Shown in pieces: positions 22,196 through 24,406 of a stretch of DNA of 24,406 bases. Position 1 is the stretch's first letter. Each line of letters opens with the position of its first letter. The DNA comes from a virus (Duplodnaviria; Caudoviricetes): positions 1-24,406 of IMG/VR virus record IMGVR_UViG_3300031759_000137. One strand, given 5' to 3'. The notes under the pieces are model-generated. The model had not been told where the DNA came from and ran no database searches. It was given only the letters and a program-made list of their open reading frames with translations. A program made the translations under genes and the position numbers.

Positions 22196-24325
22196 ATGGG
22201 AATTAGTCGTGTAGCCGGTCAGATGTTACAGTCCACTCTGGAAAGAGATGGAGTCAACTTATCAGTCACTGATCTTGCCAATAGCACACCTGTGCTTTTT
22301 CTTGATGTCAACAATGGTCGCGTTGGTGTTAACACTGCGTCACCTGGTACTGAGCTGGTAGTAGTTGGAAATATTTCAGCCACAGGCAATATTATCAGCA
22401 ACACAAATTTTGTTGGCAATGGATACTATCTTACTGATATCAATGCCGGCAACATTCTTAACAGCTACGGCAATGCCAATGTAGCTGCCTACTTGCCAGT
22501 CTATGGCGGCAACATTGCTGTAGCCACTATTTCCAGCAACGCCAATGTTAACATTGCAATCTCACCTGGCGCCAATGGCATTGTCACTATTGCCAATACC
22601 GCAGGCGGAGCAAGTGGTATACAGTTAGGACCTAATACTCTAGGACAATTTGTCAGTAATGCTCTTACTTTGACCAGTAACACCAGCGTTACCAACGGCA
22701 TTGCTGAATTGAATCAAATTTTAGGTAAATTGGTTCCACCAGCACCACCAGCATTTCCAAATTCTACTGCCTTGTCTATCACCAGCGCAACCACTACAGC
22801 TAGAATGGCCAACGGCTTTACACAAACTGATAACACAACCACTGGCAACAAAGCAGTGGCCGCCGGCACAGTAGTTTCGGCTGTAAGATCAAGCACTTAT
22901 GCAACCAACACAATCAGTACCACAGGCCCAGGCGATTCGGGTACACTTGCAGTGTATCTCAATAGTGTTTCGTCAGGCAATGTCACATTTAATCCCTTGG
23001 CAACTCCGACTGCCAACGGCGTCTATAGTAACTTGGTAGTAACCAATAACCAAGACTATCATGCATCAAACGCCAGTATTCCTCCTGGATTCTGGTATGT
23101 GTTTAGCTCCAGTGCCACAGGTACAGTACCACAAGGGTGGAACGAAGTTTACATCTCAGATACTGCCGCTGGCAATACCAACACTCCGGTCTGGTACTAT
23201 GATTCCAGTACAGCAGCCGCTCCAGTGTTTAGTTCAACCACCTTTACAGCCTGTGCTAGTCCTAGTCTAGCCTATTCCAGTACTGTACCACACTACACTG
23301 GCAACACCTATTTCAATCTTGGATTTAATGTAAATCGTCTAAGTGCCAACATGTATCCTAACAACGGAAACCTGTTGACCAATTCTACCACAGCCGGCGG
23401 AGCATTCCTGGCACCGGCTACAGTCAGTTATGCGTCTGCCAATATTGCAGTTCCTCTGGTCCAGAATTTATATGTTGCAAGTGGCAATGCCACAGCTAAT
23501 ACCACAGCCTACATTGTCAACACTGGATTTGGTAACAGTACCGCAGGTCCTACTGTAACAGTGACAAACAGCTACAACACCACTACAAATACCTTTACAC
23601 CGGCTGGCGTAGTATTATACAAAAATGGTAACACCACAGCCATAGATGAAGGCAATATTGTGATTGGCAGTAACATTGGTAGTGGGTCAGGCAGTGCTTA
23701 TCGTATTGTTAATCCTAGCGGCAATACTGTGGCAGACTATCCGGTTTACACCGGCTCAGAAGCCACCTTCAACAGCCAAACTGGCCCATTTTACACCACA
23801 GATGCTACAGTGACTGGAGTAGGATCTCAAGGTGTGTTACGCTTTGATAAAACAAATTACAGCACTGGATATTTGCCAGCGGGTCCTAATCTAAGTGCTC
23901 AACAAAATACCCAGTATTTTACATTTAAGTTTGTACGCACCTCAGTCAGTAAGTTCAATATTCAGTATGTTGGCACTGTGGCCGGCATGTGGGTAGCCTT
24001 GCCTGGATCAGTATTTGACACCGCATCGGGCAATGTTGGTCCTACATCAGGACTCAACGGTTGGCTCAACATGTGTGTGCCCTACGGCGGAGCTGGTATT
24101 CCAGGATCCAACGGCCACGGCGGTAACGGCAGTGATGGCTGTGCCCTGGGCGGAGCAGTAATTCCAAATACACTACAGTCTAACGCTTCTACTGCATTTG
24201 GTTATACTTGTACATTTGGAACAGTTAATAGTTCTAGTACAGCTACTAATGAAATTTATGTAAGAATTAAACTGACCTCAGGGCAGTCAGTGACAGCATT
24301 AAGTTTACAAACGGCGAGTAATTAA
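22196..24325 (+). CDS. Large virion structural / tail-fibre-like protein (709 aa)
   Basis: LDVNNGRVGVNT.SP...L.V.GNI fibre motif, YGNANVAAYL, and extreme Thr/Asn/Gly/Ser content. Confidence 0.7.
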   Translation: MGISRVAGQMLQSTLERDGVNLSVTDLANSTPVLFLDVNNGRVGVNTASPGTELVVVGNISATGNIISNTNFVGNGYYLTDINAGNILNSYGNANVAAYLPVYGGNIAVATISSNANVNIAISPGANGIVTIANTAGGASGIQLGPNTLGQFVSNALTLTSNTSVTNGIAELNQILGKLVPPAPPAFPNSTALSITSATTTARMANGFTQTDNTTTGNKAVAAGTVVSAVRSSTYATNTISTTGPGDSGTLAVYLNSVSSGNVTFNPLATPTANGVYSNLVVTNNQDYHASNASIPPGFWYVFSSSATGTVPQGWNEVYISDTAAGNTNTPVWYYDSSTAAAPVFSSTTFTACASPSLAYSSTVPHYTGNTYFNLGFNVNRLSANMYPNNGNLLTNSTTAGGAFLAPATVSYASANIAVPLVQNLYVASGNATANTTAYIVNTGFGNSTAGPTVTVTNSYNTTTNTFTPAGVVLYKNGNTTAIDEGNIVIGSNIGSGSGSAYRIVNPSGNTVADYPVYTGSEATFNSQTGPFYTTDATVTGVGSQGVLRFDKTNYSTGYLPAGPNLSAQQNTQYFTFKFVRTSVSKFNIQYVGTVAGMWVALPGSVFDTASGNVGPTSGLNGWLNMCVPYGGAGIPGSNGHGGNGSDGCALGGAVIPNTLQSNASTAFGYTCTFGTVNSSSTATNEIYVRIKLTSGQSVTALSLQTASN

Positions 24326-24327
24326 CA

Positions 24328-24406
24328 ATGACCATTAGCGAATCACAATATGTAGACCTACTGGTTAAGAAACTGTATGGCGTAGCCAAGACAGATACGC
24401 CACAGA
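24328..24406 (+). CDS. Start of the next structural gene, truncated by the window end (MTISESQYVDLLVKKLYGVAKTDTPQ...)
   Basis: ATG 2 nt after the previous stop; frame open to the window end. Confidence 0.6.
   Translation, partial: MTISESQYVDLLVKKLYGVAKTDTPQ

Noticed and set aside
19011-24325. Diversity-generating retroelement target or intein in the structural genes
   Set aside because: No reverse transcriptase, no TR/VR near-identical repeat pair and no intein splice motifs seen in the window.
1-24406. Stop-codon reassignment as seen in some large phages
   Set aside because: Conserved genes are full length in code 11, and TAG (1468, 2789), TGA (2330, 5848) and TAA all end genes at sensible positions.

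Overview
Segment of a large T4-like (Tevenvirinae-related, myovirus-type) phage genome in the standard genetic code. It begins inside the gp46 (Rad50/SbcC-like) gene, followed by a radical SAM gene and a small GIY-YIG protein. A ~400-nt ORF-free, densely base-paired region follows, which is a candidate large ncRNA. Next is a small accessory cluster (sulfotransferase-like, DUF6614-like, Bpt/ATE1-like aminoacyl-tRNA-protein transferase, DUF1415-like). A gp26-like/gp51-like pair, apparently joined by a -1 programmed frameshift, sits divergent from a tape-measure-like protein with a lytic-transglycosylase domain. The head module (portal gp20, two small/acidic core proteins, gp21, gp22, gp23) is followed by a free-standing Seg-like homing endonuclease, pirin, a TPR-glycosyltransferase and a run of Gly/Thr/Asn-rich virion proteins. 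The strongest leads are (1) the GIY-YIG gene plus structured-RNA unit at 2355-3192, (2) the lambda G/GT-like frameshift at 5863-5869, (3) the codon switch at the gp23 3' end next to the homing endonuclease, (4) TAnnTA late promoters placed so that many mRNAs would be leaderless, and (5) the phage aminoacyl-transferase cluster. All family calls come from motif recognition by eye; no searches or folding programs were run.
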